Assembly (NCBI GenBank): GCA_976551045.1
Contig: CDPCPM010000014.1
Coordinates: forward strand, 38,378,001 to 38,442,000
DNA: 64,000 nt
Origin: Glaucostegus cemiculus
Lineage: Eukaryota
Direction of reading: 5' to 3'
Shown here: positions 12,671-25,509 of the stretch, one piece after another
How positions within the stretch are numbered: position 1 is the first letter of the stretch
Layout of the letters: each line of letters begins with the position of its first letter
The notes under the pieces: model-generated
What the model saw: only the letters and a program-made list of their open reading frames with translations
Databases searched by the model: none
Told to the model about the DNA's origin: nothing
Position numbers and translations under genes: made by a program

Positions 12671-13210
12671 CCCACCTTTCTATACTTCACTCATGTGCAA
12701 TTTCTATCCGTTTGGATAATAGCCTGCCTTTTAATTCCTTTCTCCAAACTTTGACATCTTACTCTCTGCTCCCTCCTCCAGGTCATTGATACATATGGTA
12801 AATTACTGATGGCCCTGGAGCACTCCACAACTGTCCAGCCTGCAAAAAACAAAACGTTTATTCCATATCTCTGTCTTCTGTATGATAACCAATCTTCAAA
12901 CCATGCTGACACACCTCCCTCAGTACTGTGAGCTCTTAATTCGTGACCAGCCTTTTATGTGGCACTTTGTTAAGTGCCTTTTGGAGATTCAAATACACTA
13001 CATCCACAGGTTCCTTTCTATCAATTCTGCTTGTTACATCCTCAAAGAAGACCAGCGAATTTGCCAAACGTGATTTACCTTTCATCAAACGATGGTGACT
13101 TGGTCTGATTACATTCAGCTCTTCTAAATGACTGGCTATCTCTTCCTTGATTATAGACTCCAGCAGCTTCCCAGCAATGAATGGTCAGTTAACAGGCCTA
13201 TAGCTTTTCC
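12671..13210 (-). mobile_element. CR1 LINE fragment (continuation of the minus-strand copy at 11500)
   Basis: Minus-strand RT motifs (AWFEDWLSYRRQR; reverse complements of KALNKVPH and YRPVNLT-like motifs). Confidence 0.75.
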
Positions 13211-13334
13211 CTTTACTTAAGGAACATATTGTATTTGTCTTCATAAATAGAGATAATAATACCAAAATCTCAGTAGATAAATAATTGATGAGTTGTAGAC
13301 TGATGAGCTGGAAATACTGGCTCTGCTTTAAGTA

Positions 13335-14510
13335 AATAAGTCATTGGGTCGTTATGGCATCCATTTAAGGTTGCTGAGGGAATGAGGATGGACACAACAA
13401 AAGAGCTTGCTGTCACCTTTCAATTCTCTCTAGATGGACGGAGGTGTTAAAAGATGGGAGAATGGCAAATGTGACAATCTTACTCAGAAAAGGGTGTCAG
13501 GACATGTCCAGCAACTTTGGGCTAGTCAATTTAACATCAGCAGTTTAGAAACTATAATCAGTGAAAAAAAATTAATAGGTAACTGGAGAAGTACGAATTA
13601 GTAATGGAGACTCAATACATATTTGTTAAAGATTAATCGTGCTTGACTAACCCTTTTGAATTTTTCTTGATAAGGTAATAGAAAAGATTGATGAAAGGTG
13701 TGTAGAGTATGTTGCCTACATGGATTTTCAGAAAGTGTTTGGAAAAGTCCCAAGTGAAAGACTGAATGGGACAATGAAAGCCCACAAAATAAAATGGTCA
13801 GTGGCAGCAAGAATAAGAATCTGTCTCAAGAACAGAAAACAAAGAAGAGTGGTAAATGGTTATTTTCTAAATTGGAGAATGTAGACTGTGGTGATTCCCA
13901 GGAGTCGGCGCAAGGGCCACTGGTTGCCGTTTGGTATAGTTTCAAAATTGGCAGATGACACCAAATATGAAAGTGTGGTAAACAGTGAGGAGGATAGAAA
14001 TAGACTGCAAGAGCTGACAGAATCTGCAGGCAAATGGCAGTTCACATTTAGCACAAAGAAATGTGAAGTGATAACAATTTATTATAAGGAAAGCAGACAA
14101 TATCATTTAAATGGCAGAGTTCAAAAGGGAATGCACAAATAGGGAGACCTGATTGTTTAATTAAATAAATCTTTGAGAATGTTAAGACAAATTGAGGGAG
14201 CAATTTGTAAAGCATTTGGGATCCTGTGCTTCTGAGGATTGAAATGCAGAAGTAAGCGAGATTCTACTGAGTCTTTATATAACACACGTTAGGCCACAAA
14301 TGGAGCATTGCATCCAATTCCAGTCACTGCACTTTAGAAAGGATGGGAAAGTTCCAAAGAGGCTGCAGAAAAATTTACTGGAATGCATCCAGGATTTCAG
14401 TTACATAGTTAGACTGGAGAAAATGGGGTTATTCTCCTTGGAGCAAGCGAAATTTGGATCATTATCAATGTAGATATGGTATAAAGACAGATACTCCCTA
14501 TACCAGATAG
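13335..14510 (+). mobile_element. Decayed CR1 LINE (RT region)
   Basis: WENGKCDNL-like, YMDFQKVFGK, KLADDTKYESVVNSEED and VRPQMEHCIQF motifs; resumes at ~15698 after a nested insertion. Confidence 0.8.
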
Positions 14511-15697
14511 ATCATAGAATCATAGAGCCATTCAGCATGGAAACAGGCCCTTTGGCCCAACTCATCCATGCCGACTATATTGCCCAGTGAGCTAGTCCCA
14601 TCTGCCTGTGTTTGGCCCATAGCCCTCTAAACCTTTCCTATCCATGTACTTATCTGGATGGCTTTTAAGTGTTGCTAATGTGCCCACTTCAACCATCATT
14701 TCTGGCAGCTCATTCCAAATATGCACCACCCTTTGTGTGAAGAAGCTGTCCCTGATGTCTCTTTTAAATCTCTCACCTCTGATCTTAAACCTATGCCCTC
14801 TTGTATTTAGCAACCCCTCCCTGGGAAAAAGACTATGTGCTTTCACCCTGTCTATGCCCCTCATGATATTATATATGTCTATCAGGTCACCTCTCAATCT
14901 CCTACATTCCAGGGAATAAAGTCCTATGTTATGCAACCTCTTCTTGTAACTCAGACCCCCAGGTCTTGGCATGGTAAATCTTTTCTACACTCGTTCTATT
15001 TTAATAACATCCTTCCTATAACAGGGTGATCAGAACTGTACACAATACTCCAAGTGTGGCCTCACCAACATCCTAGATAACTGCAACATAACTTTCCAAC
15101 TCCTATCCTCAGTGCCCTGACTGATGAAGGTCAGTGTGCCAAATGCCTTCTTCACCACTCTATCTACATGTGCCACTGCTTTCAGTGAACTATGCACTTG
15201 CATTTCTAGGACCCTCTGTTCCATAATATCCCCCCCCCCAGGGCCCTACTATTCACATATCCTGATTTGATCTCCCAAAATGCAATACCTCAGATTTATC
15301 TGGATTGAAAGCCATTTTTCAATCCTCAGCCCACATACCTAGTTGATCAAGATCCCCCTGTATTTTTTCATAACCTTCTATGCTATCTATAACACCATAT
15401 ATCATCTGCAATCTTACTAACCAGGCCTTGTACATTCGCATCCAAAGTGTTGATATGAATTACAGACAACAAATGCCCCAGCACCAACCCCTGTGGTGCA
15501 CCACTAGACACAGGCCTCCAGTCTGAGAAACAACACTTGACCATCACCCTCTGCTTCCTACCACTGAGCCAGGTATGAATCCAATCCGCTATCTTCCCCT
15601 GGATCCCATGCGATCTGACCTTCCAGACTAGCCTGCCTTGAGGGACCTTGCCAAAGGCCTTGCTAAAATCCATTTAAAGGCCTTGCTAAAACCCATT
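14511..15697 (-). mobile_element. 5'-truncated CR1 (HER1-like) LINE, nested
   Basis: ORFs MDFSKAFGKVPQGRL, LVRPHLEYCVQF and GLYSLECRRLRGDLIDIYNIMRG...FFTQRVVHIWNELP; 3' tail GGGCCAAAGGGCCTGTTTCCATGCTG plus a (TCTATGAT) repeat. Confidence 0.93.
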
Positions 15698-15825
15698 AAG
15701 GACCGAGGACACAGATTTAAAGTGATTAGCAAAAGATATAGAGTGAGTGTAAGGAAAAAAACTTTTTAATAGGGAGTGTTCATGAACTGGAATTCAGCAC
15801 CAGCAAGAATAGTAGAAACTGCGGA
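15698..15825 (+). mobile_element. CR1 fragment (continuation of the copy at 13335-14510)
   Basis: RGHRFKVISKR followed by TTTTTAATAGGGAGTGTTCATGAACTGGAATTC (FTQRVV..WN-like). Confidence 0.7.
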
Positions 15826-16552
15826 CAGGCGATGTTTTGGGTGAAGGTTCTTCATTTGGACTGAAAGAGTGGAGGGGAGAGAGCCCTGTATCAAGACGTG
15901 AAGGCGAGGGGTGGGACAAGAGCTTGCAAGCGATAGGTGGATCCAGGAGGGAAGGGGTTGATTGGCAGATGGAGTCAGGAGACGGAGGGAAGGATGGAGA
16001 TAGCGATAGAGGTGGGAGGGGATAGCTGGAGGTAACAAAGGGCTGCGGATTACGGAATCTGAAAGGAAGGCAAAGAGGAACCACATAAGGAAGGTGGGGT
16101 GGGCAGATGGGAACAGTTGGGGGGGGAGGGGACCCAGTGAGAGGAGAGTCTGGTAATGGACAGATGGAGTTAGTGGAGGAGAGGAAAGAAACTGGAAGAT
16201 GGGGTCTAGGGGAGAGGAAAGAAGGGTGTGTGTGAGAGGGCCTGGGTAGGTTAAAAAGGAGAGAGAGATAGGGAGAGAGGGGGAGCAGGTTACCTGAAAT
16301 TGGAGAACCCAGTGTTCATGCCTCAGGGTCCTAGATTACCCAGGCAGAATATGAGATGCTGTTCTTCCACTTTGAGTTTGCCCTCATCCTGGCAGTGGAG
16401 AAGGCCAAGGACAGGCAGGTCCGTGTGGGAATGGGAAGCGGAACTAAAATGGCTGGCAACCAGGGGCTCTAGATGGCCATGGTGGAGACAGAGTGCAGCT
16501 GCTCAGCAAAGCAGTAGGCTAGTCTGGACCTTGTCTCACTGATGTCGAGTAG
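15826..16552 (-). mobile_element. Penelope-like element 3' relic (GIY-YIG end plus terminal repeat)
   Basis: Minus-strand ORF LDISETRSRLAYCFAEQLHSV (degenerate LYIGETKRRLGDRFAEHLRSV), a pyrimidine-rich UTR, and a degenerate hammerhead-like terminal motif near 15830-15865. Confidence 0.85.
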
Positions 16553-17010
16553 TGAATTGCTGATAGCTCTCCCCGGCTCTTGTAGACATTGAGCAGGCTC
16601 CCGTTTGTTCCTCCAGCTGCAAGGCATCTGGAGTGTTCCCCGAGCCAAGCCTGTCAAACTGCCTCCAGGCAATTCAACAATAACTGCAGAAAATCCAGAA
16701 CTTCCAACGCCCTGCTCCATAGCGAACACAACCTGCCCTGGCCCAAACTTCTTTGATACCTTTGAGCCAGACTTTAACTTATTTATTCACTTAGCTTACT
16801 GTCATGTAAATCTTTTCCACTTCTATTTTCTAACTCTTCAGTATGTCATATCAGTTCTTGGTACATCTCTTACTATTTTCTTTCTGTATCTTATTCTCTT
16901 TTTCCATGTATATTTTCTCCTTGCTTTCTGTATTTAGATTTTATGTATTTTTCTCTATATATTCTCAACCTTTACCGTTCCATATTAGTATAAGTCTAAC
17001 CAGACAGCAT

Positions 17011-17265
17011 CATCGAAACACATAGTGAAATGCTCTCTTTGTGTTAACAACGGGGCAGTCCACAAGTGTCACCACGCTTCTGGCATCAACGTAGAATGCA
17101 CATAACTTCCTAACTCGTATGTCTTTGGAATGTGGGAGGAAACCGGAGCACCCAGAGGAAACCCACACAGACATGGAGAGAACGGACAAACTCCTTACAG
17201 AGAGTGGCCGGAATTGAACCTGGGTCACTGGCGCTGTAAAGCGTTACACTAACCACTAAATGCCA
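17011..17265 (-). mobile_element. V-SINE (same tail subfamily as 1-215 and 45668)
   Basis: tRNA-like head with GGTTCAATTCC, V-domain, and tail ending TTTCACTATGTGTTTCGATG. Confidence 0.88.
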
Positions 17266-17961
17266 CCCCATCATGCATTCCTCTCCAAAAATCTAAACTT
17301 ATATTGCTTTTGTAATGAAAAACTATAAAGGTAACATATAGATGATCTCACATACATGTTCTCATCTCGGGTTCTACAAAATGAATTTGATTCAGATACA
17401 TTTACTGCCCAATATTCCAGTTTCAAACATGTGCATGTTGTGTGAAAAGCCCTCCTGAGGAATGGTCCCTGTTGATCAGTCTGCAACCTGCTGCTGTTTG
17501 AGGGCATTTCATCTGGCAATGGTTTGGAACCATTCACAGTACGGTGTGAGAGGTGCAAAGAGGAAGAAGCCTGTGATTGCTGACACGCAGAGTCTAATAA
17601 TATCATAAAACTGTGAATAACAAAAAAAAATCAAAAATTAAACTGTGCCCAAGAATCAGGGATTGCAACCAGGACTGGAACAGCTCAGAAACGAAAGTTG
17701 CAGATGAATCTCAGATTAATCCTGAGGCATCAGCTCAAGGACTGTACCTGTGTTTGATGAGCACTGAAAGAGTTGCTGCACTTCACATCCAACTCAGGCA
17801 CACTTTGATTATTCATATCCTCAACAGTAGTCACATTTTAGTCATTATTATGTGACTACTGAAACACTTCCATTGCCTTCAAATTAGTTCCTACATTCAT
17901 TTTTCTACTGTTTCACAGATTGAATACTGGAACCTGATATTTCTCTGAATAAAGTTCTCTC

Positions 17962-18225
17962 ATTTTAAATTAAATTAAATTAAATTAAATTAAATTTTAT
18001 TTACAGCGTGGTAACAGGCCCTTTTGGCCCAACAAGTCCGCACCGCCCATTTTAAACCCCCAAATTAACCTACCCGTACGTCTTTTTTAGATTGTGGGAG
18101 GAAACCGGAGCACCTGGAGGAAACCCATGCAGACACGGGAGAACGTACAAACTCCTTACAGACAGAGATGGGATCAAACCCCGATCGCTGGCGCTGTAAC
18201 AGCGTCGCACTGACCGCTACGCTAA
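17962..18225 (-). mobile_element. Young-looking V-SINE with CR1-type tail and (ATTTA)n end
   Basis: CpGs retained; tail GGGCCAAAAGGGCCTGTTACCACGCTGTAAATAAA followed by an (ATTTA)n run at ~17966-17996. Confidence 0.88.
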
Positions 18226-18249
18226 ATCTCTCCACATTTTATCTTGTAA

Positions 18250-18580
18250 CTACCTTTGGCTCACCAAGTCCACATCGATCACAAAAACCTATCTTTATAT
18301 GAATCCTACCCAAACCCATTTTATTCTCCCCAATATTCATATCAATTCCCCCCAGATTCTACCTTTCATCTGCACGCTAGGTCAATTTACAGTGATCAAT
18401 TAACCTATCAACCTGAATATTTTTGGAATGGGAAAGGAACGCAGAGCGCATGGGGGAAACCCACACTATCACAAAAAGAATGTGCAAACTCCACACAGAC
18501 AGCGCCAGAGGTCAGGATTGAAACCGGGTTGCTGGAACTATGAGGCACCTGCTCTTCTAGCTGTGCCACTGTGTTGCCCT
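18250..18580 (-). mobile_element. V-SINE (long-tail subfamily)
   Basis: Head GGGCAACACAGTGGCACAGCTAG...CCCGGTTTCAATCC and V-domain GTGTGGAGTTTGCACATTCT on the minus strand. Confidence 0.82.
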
Positions 18581-18589
18581 AACTTCTGC

Positions 18590-20260
18590 CTTCTTTAATA
18601 ATTTGAAATACTTCAATCAGATTGCCTTGTACCCTGCCTAGTTCTAATGGATGAATATGCAATATTTCAAGATCATTTTTATATTCGCATTTCCACATAT
18701 CAGGCAGCATCCTAATGAAGCTACATTGTACTCCCTCTAAAGTCCTTATATCTTGCTGATAGTGTGGAGCTCAAAATGCCACACAGTTCACTAATTAGAG
18801 TCTTATTCATGTTCTCCATAAGTTCACTGTTACCTCTTGACTTCTATATTCTACATACCATGAAAAATAAAAACTATAAATCAATCTGATTTGTTATGAT
18901 CTTATCAATCTGAGATGCTGCCTTTAATTTCCTGCATAATCATACTCACACTTTACTGTGATCTGTAACTATCCCACACTATCGTAATTACTTCTGTTTG
19001 GAGTACTGTTTTTATTTTTTTAACCAAAACGCATCCACTCAGTCTTTAAGCCGATTTCCCCAACTATGTAGTTTCCTTCTGTCTTTTAAATAATTAATTA
19101 TACTTGCTATTTCCGTATCAATCAACATTCTCTTCCAGGAACACATCTAAATGATTGATTTATACAGTGAGAGGAAATGGCTCTAGAACAGGATCCTGCA
19201 TCTATTTTCAAGAACTGCATTAGAAGCAGCTTTTACACATATTCCATTTTCTACATTCTAGCAAGTCTTAAATAAAGTCTGTGATTCTGTTCCCCCCCAC
19301 CCCACCAAACTTGTTCCATACACCTTGGTCCTATATAATTATCTTCCAATTGAAGCTCTTCAAAAGCTTCCCTTAGATATATGTATTATGTCAACTGTGT
19401 TTCCTCCATCCACTATGGTTGTTAACTCCTTAAATAACTCTCCATGGTTTGCCAAGCTTTCAAAATGATATTAACACGTACTTAATTTGCTCACAAACAT
19501 TTAAGAATTATTTCCTCTCTTACATTCTTCCCTTTACTATAAATGACTACCTCTGCCATTTTTTTTGTTCACTTGTAGTTACCATCCTCACCTCTGAGGA
19601 GTCTTATCCCACTTATTCACTTGCAAAACACTTTAATGTTTTTTTTGATATTTTTTGGTTTAGCTTCTCATATTTCCTCAGGTTTCCTCTTCCTACAATA
19701 AATATATTTTCTCAAATTATGTTTAGTTTTCCAATATTAATATTTTATAATCCAAAAGCTATTGGCTTCTAACATTTTTATTTGTCCATGACATTTCAAA
19801 AAATGACAGTATTTTTCTTTTTTTATTGAAATACCCTCATTTGCTATCTTTATAATTGTACTTTTAAAACATTTTACTGTTTTCTCTGAAGTTCTGTGTG
19901 CCAGCTCCTTTTTCACTCAAATGACCCAATTAGCTCCTCTCTTAAAAAACTCTTTGTTAATTCAATCAGATGTTCCCCTTTTCATACTAAATTATTGTCT
20001 ATTTAAACCTTAATCCACTGTTAGCAACTTTGCCAAGGTGTTTTCCTCCAATTAGAGCAGCTAATTGATCAATGTCACCATTTATAACTAGATTTAGCAA
20101 CACCTCCTATTGTGGCTCTACTAATATACTGCTTTTGGAATGATGTATGTACTTTTGGAACACAATTCCCATTTCTCTACGTGCTTCCTCTATGCTTCGA
20201 TGGAAAATTAGATTATTAAAACCATAGCTCTGTTATTCTTATTTATTTCTCTAATCAGAG
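18590..20260 (-). mobile_element. Old, AT-shifted CR1 LINE relic
   Basis: The minus strand retains LELCGILSSTL/DIRTLEGVQ-like C-terminal motifs near 18740, QDPVLEP near 19190, and a 'TRGGA.LDLV'-like endonuclease remnant near 20090-20130. Confidence 0.6.
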
Positions 20261-20334
20261 TGCAACATTTCTCATCCTTTTCCTTTTATAATGTGGACAT
20301 CTGAAATGTAACATCAGCTGCTTGTTCAAATGAC

Positions 20335-20605
20335 ATCTCCTAAACCAGTGACCTCTGCTATAGAGATAAGGGCACTTGGTCCAGGAGAACATCACCACCT
20401 GCAGGTTACCCTCCTTATCGTGACCTGGAAATACTGCCAATTTCTTTGTTGTTGGTCGGACCCCAGAATAACCTATTCCCTAGAGTATAGTGAGGGCACC
20501 TTTACCAAAAAGGGCTGCATTTGTTCAAGAAGGGGTTCATTGCTATCTTCTTATGAAAAATTAGGATTAGCCATAATGTTGACCTTGTTAGCAATGCACA
20601 CACAC
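20335..20605 (+). mobile_element. 3' end of a second CR1/L2-group LINE family
   Basis: AACATCACCACCTGCAGGTTACCCTCC...GGGCTGCATTTGTTCAAGAAGG...GACCTTGTTAGCAATGCACAC resembles a recalled shark LINE 3' end. Confidence 0.6.
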
Positions 20606-21977
20606 AGCAAGTCAATACAGTAAAAAAAATCACAATTTATCTTTAGATTCCAATTACGTTGATGGCCTGTATTTTTCCTTCCCTACAGCAACAATGCCAA
20701 ACAGATGATTTTTATATGTCCAATATTAATATACTATTATATTTGTGGCCTTCTGCATCTTTACTGGTTATACAGACTGCCTTTGGGAACTTTCTTTCAA
20801 AACAAACGTTGAAAATATTTTTCTTAAAAATATCCAAAGTTATGTAAAGTCTGCTTGCATGTCAAACAAAATAGAAAACACACAAAGGAGTTCAGATGGT
20901 AAGAGTGCCCTGGGACCCACTTTACAATTAGAGAGCCTCTTAAATACAGTGATTACAAGGAAGTAATCTAATCAAATGGTTCAGATGACATCACAAACCG
21001 CAAGACTGAAGCTCCAAAGGTTAATAGCTGTCATCCCATTCTGGGATTTGATTACATCCTTGACATCACTCTGTGGTATCTTCTACTGTTCAGAAAATAT
21101 ACTGTTTTCATTTCTGGTGCAGGTTTTATTTGGTTTCTCTGGCTGCAATGGCCTTCAGTGTAGGCGCCAACTGTTGATATGTTCCATGCTCATGATCCAT
21201 GATGACATTTACTATAGACAACCAGCCTCAGTGAAATAATAACTGCAGATATATCAAGAAGTAATCAGCAGATGGTTGCAAAAAGAATCTATGTCTCATA
21301 TTTATTGTTATTGGTTAAAATTATTCTAAGTAACAGAGTTATAGGAAAATGAAGCTAAATCTACCTTGGAGACTTGGGTTTAGATTGAACATTTTTGACC
21401 AGATTAGGAGAATGTGAATATTATTTGTGCATTAACACTTCATATAGATAGGACTGCTAGATGTCTGGTTCGATATGATTAATGCTATGTGCAATAAAAT
21501 AAACAACTTTTAACAGATACTTCTGTACAGATACTTGCTGTTATCAGTATTTCAGTATTTCTGATAAGAATCTTTATGATAAAATAGAATGAGAACATCC
21601 AAATAATTAAAATGGAATAATATGCCAACTATCGAATAAAAATATTCTTACACATTTTGCAACCTTGTCACTTATTGATCAGTTATCTGATAAGAATAAG
21701 TACAACCAACCACAGGATGCAGGATTTACAAATGTTCAGATTAAAAAAAACATGCCTAGACATTCCCTTTTTGGGTCGGGATAGAGAAAACAAAAGCAGA
21801 AAAGGCAGAAGTTTAATTAAAATTGTATAATGAAGTTTAATAGCCAGCTGATGACTTCCAGGCTGGCTGAGGATTACTTCACTCCCTCAATGACTTGCAA
21901 GTTCAGAACAGGAGTCTGAAGTGTGGCTCATTGACTCATGTTACTGCCATAAAGCTTGGTGAATCCTTGATGATTTA

Positions 21978-22198
21978 CAGGTCCTCCCCAGGTTATGATC
22001 GCCCAGGTTACGTACAGCCCGTATGTATGAATGAGTGCTTGGGAGACCGGAGGGATGGATTTGGCGGCTTCTGCAGGGCTGCTGGCATCTTCTGCCGGGT
22101 GGGGACTCAGCTTGCAGCCGCATTTCCGACTTGGAAACTGTTTGGGTTATGAACAGTTCACAGGAACGGAACCCTGACTTAACCTGGGAAGGGACCTG
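21978..22198. mobile_element. Tc1/mariner (Tigger-like) MITE, 221 bp
   Basis: TIRs CAGGTCCTCCCCAGGTTA / TAACCTGGGAAGGGACCTG, flanked by TA at 21976-21977 and 22199-22200. Confidence 0.85.
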
Positions 22199-22220
22199 TA
22201 TTCAATACATAGCTACCTAT

Positions 22221-22316
22221 GCTGATGCAGGGTCTTGACACTAAATGTCGACTCCTCCTTTGCCTCTGCAGATGCTGCCTGACCCACTGATTTCTTCCAG
22301 CAGTTTGTGGTTTTTA
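22221..22316 (+). mobile_element. Penelope-like terminal-repeat fragment
   Basis: CTGATGCAGGGTCTTGACACTAAATGTCGAC...CAGATGCTGCCTGACCCACTGA...TCCAGCAG. Confidence 0.75.
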
Positions 22317-24834
22317 CCTATTCGGTGTACTGTATAACACTCCAATACTGAACATTGTTGCTGCCAGCCAGATTTTCATCAGCATGAATTTATCTTGAAG
22401 CAGTCACCTCAGATCAGTGCTAATAATGACTTGTATTTTAAGATTAAAGGAATAAAAACAAGTCAAAGAGCATATAAGTGAATGGTTAGTTAGACTAATA
22501 CAAGAAGGGGCAGAGTATGAGTCAGCAAAAATATGTGGAAATCACCAATGTAATGCTTGGTAATGCAATTTAGATGATGTTCTCTACCAAAATAGAGATG
22601 TGAATGGAGTTAACAGCTAATTATATCTTTAGGAACTATCTCAACACCCTTCACATACAATTTTTATTTTATGCAAATGCAACAACCACTGATCATACAA
22701 CACTTAGATGCAGTGATTCATTAGTTTGTTTTAGATATTAGTTGCAGGAAATGTTGAGAACTCCCTGCTCTTTTTCAAATACTGTTGCTAAATTATGTGC
22801 AAATGGGGCTGGATCTGGAGACTATAATCTTTAAAATGAGGTACCATGCCAATTAAGCAAAAGTGACACTTAACATCTGTGCTGTTGGCATTAGAAACAA
22901 AGTGTATCAGGCTGGATGGATTTCTAAGAACTATTCTGAAATATCACTATTTGAATTCCATGAGTTTACTTTTTTCATTAAATTCCCTACATTTTTGATA
23001 GTGATAAGGTTTATACAGTTCTAAGAGTTATAATATGGCATGGAAAGTCACGTGAGTGTAACTCTCACTGAATGTGCTTTATGTCATCAGGTCCAACAAG
23101 ACAAACACCAGCGATAATTCTGAAAACAAGAAGAAACCCTAACTACTGGGAAAAGGAAATAACACTAAAGATACTGAAAAAAGTGTCCATCAGTTCCTGA
23201 AAGTACGAGGCCCACTGGGATGCTGAAGAGAAATAATAGAGAGGAGGCAAAGACAGAAGGAGGAAGAGCATCCGTTCAGACCCTATTGTCAGTCAAGGAA
23301 GAAGGGCGATGGAGGATAAATTGCATCAGGAATGTGGTGAGCCGTGAGACCGGAGGACAGAACTCTTGGTCACTTGATATTGTTTCTTCACACTCAGAAC
23401 TCAGCCTCGTGGGATACATGCTGTTTGCAGCAGCCAATCATCTCTCTCTGCTCATTCTTCACACTAAACAATATTTTTTTGGCCCTTTCTTCACCTTCAG
23501 GCCATCAAAACAGGAATCCAAATGCTGAGGAACTGGCAGTAAGCAATAATAATGATGACACAGTGTCACTGAAATTTACCCTAGTGGCATCAGCATGGTA
23601 GATATTGGGGGGATATGATCAAGGTGTCTATAATTGCAAGGTTCATGTGCACAGGAAAATGGGCAGGATTGGGCAGGACTCTTAACTTCGTTGCAGAGAG
23701 CACATAAAGATTGTGAGGGTGAAACCTACATGCATAGACTATTCCTTATCCAGTAACATCTGTTAGGTGCATTGAGCATCCTCTCATTGACCTATTCCAT
23801 TCACAATGACTGGAAGAGTTGCTTTAGCATGTGTGAGGTCAGCCAGCAAAGTATTGAGACCATGCAGTCAATAACAGTACAAGTCGACACTGGAATGTGA
23901 TCTAAAACATTGGACCTCTGGTGACAGCTTTTAGCTTTGCAGGGAGAGCAGCCTGCTATCTTTAAAGTAGTGCAGTATCTCCTCCACCGATGAAAGTGAG
24001 TGAAGATAAGGAAGTGGAGAACACGGCCAGAGTTTTCCCAAGTGTCACCATGTTCTTTGCAGAGCATGGCAGAGTAGATATGCAGTACTGTGAGGGTGGT
24101 CCTGGCTCTATAGGTGAGAATCTTGCTTTATTTTCTGAGCTTTTCAAGTCACATTGGTGCAGATAAACAATCAGAGACTCCAGACGCAAAGTTATTGCAC
24201 CGAAGTGATTTCAGTTCAGTATAAAGAAAAAGTTATTACACTTACAAAATGCTTATTGCAGAGAGTTTAATTTTTCTTGCATTAATGTTGGACATCATAT
24301 TTGCAGAAGTATCTGGGAAAGACTTGCACAGTAGTAGTGTTGGGGGCCATTCAGAAAGTGGGTGAAATGTTGGGCTATTGACATGCTGGAACATGGAGGA
24401 GCAAGTTTGCTTAGGAGTATATTTAAATATATTTTCCCTTATGACTGTAGCATTGTTGAAACTCATTTTCTCCTTTACTCCCTTACTTCTAACCCCTTCT
24501 TCAATGTTCTGGACATTTTCCTCTTGTGGTGACTGCAAAGCTTGGCCCCTATGAATAACAAAAGTGTGGTGTTTCCTGAATTCTACACAGGTCTGGAGAG
24601 TTGGTCAGGGTTGCACTGTGAAACTCCATCAGATTCCATGCGCTGAGATCCTTGTTTGCAGATATCGATTGCTTGCTCAACAGATCTCTGATATCTTAGT
24701 GCATCTTATTGTATCAATGCACAATCCCCACGACTGGATCCGTAATCGGAGCCATGAGTTTCGACCCTACCTCCAAGGCATTAGCCTGAAAGCCGCTTGT
24801 CTGGTCCAGAATGGAGAAACTAAGATCAAGAAAT

Positions 24835-25005
24835 AAAAAACTGTAGATGTTGAAAATCTGAAATAAAATCAGAAAATGCTGGAAACATTTAGCAGGCCAG
24901 ACAGTGCCTGTGGAGAGAGATGCAGAGTTAACCATCAGAAGTATTTCACTCTTTTCAGATGCTGCCTGACCTGTTGTGTGTTTTCTTTTTTTTTAATTTT
25001 CTATC
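24835..25005. mobile_element. Fold-back Penelope-like terminal-repeat derivative
   Basis: AAATGCTGGAAACATTTAGCAGGCCAGACAG followed by the inverted CAGATGCTGCCTGACCTGTTG. Confidence 0.7.
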
Positions 25006-25509
25006 AGGAGGCAACAGAGGACTGCGGAGGAATGAAGGCATCAAGGTAAGAGCCTGGAAACTTGGCAAAGACTATTGTTTTCACTGCCTGTAGTTAAAGC
25101 CTACTTGAATAACGAAGATCACAGGTCTTTCCTGCAATAAAAGGATGCGGATCTCCTTGAAGTAGAGGGTGCAGGGCAATGTGTGAACAAGCAAAAGCAC
25201 TTTGTCCCAGGAGAGATCTAGCAGTCTGGGAAAATCTGCTTGTGCCCTGAAGCCTGCATTGGGAAAGTCTTGCATTGTTCTGTCCTAAGAATGGACATTA
25301 TCTGTAACTTGTGAGAAAGCCGCATGGTCAGCAAATTGGCTGTTTCTGATCTCACCCATTACAGTTTAAAGCTAAATTTGCATATGGACTTTCAGAATTA
25401 CTGTTGCTTTCAAGGCCACAGGTTGCATGTGCTCTTGTTTGGTTCCAGTTTCTGTTGCCTCCTTTCAATCTAGCTTTCTCACACACTACAGCTCTGCCCT
25501 GTTGGGTAC

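Noticed and set aside
14592-15673. RT-like ORFs as an active retroelement or prokaryote-style RT system
   Set aside because: They are frameshifted, 5'-truncated fragments of an ordinary CR1 LINE.
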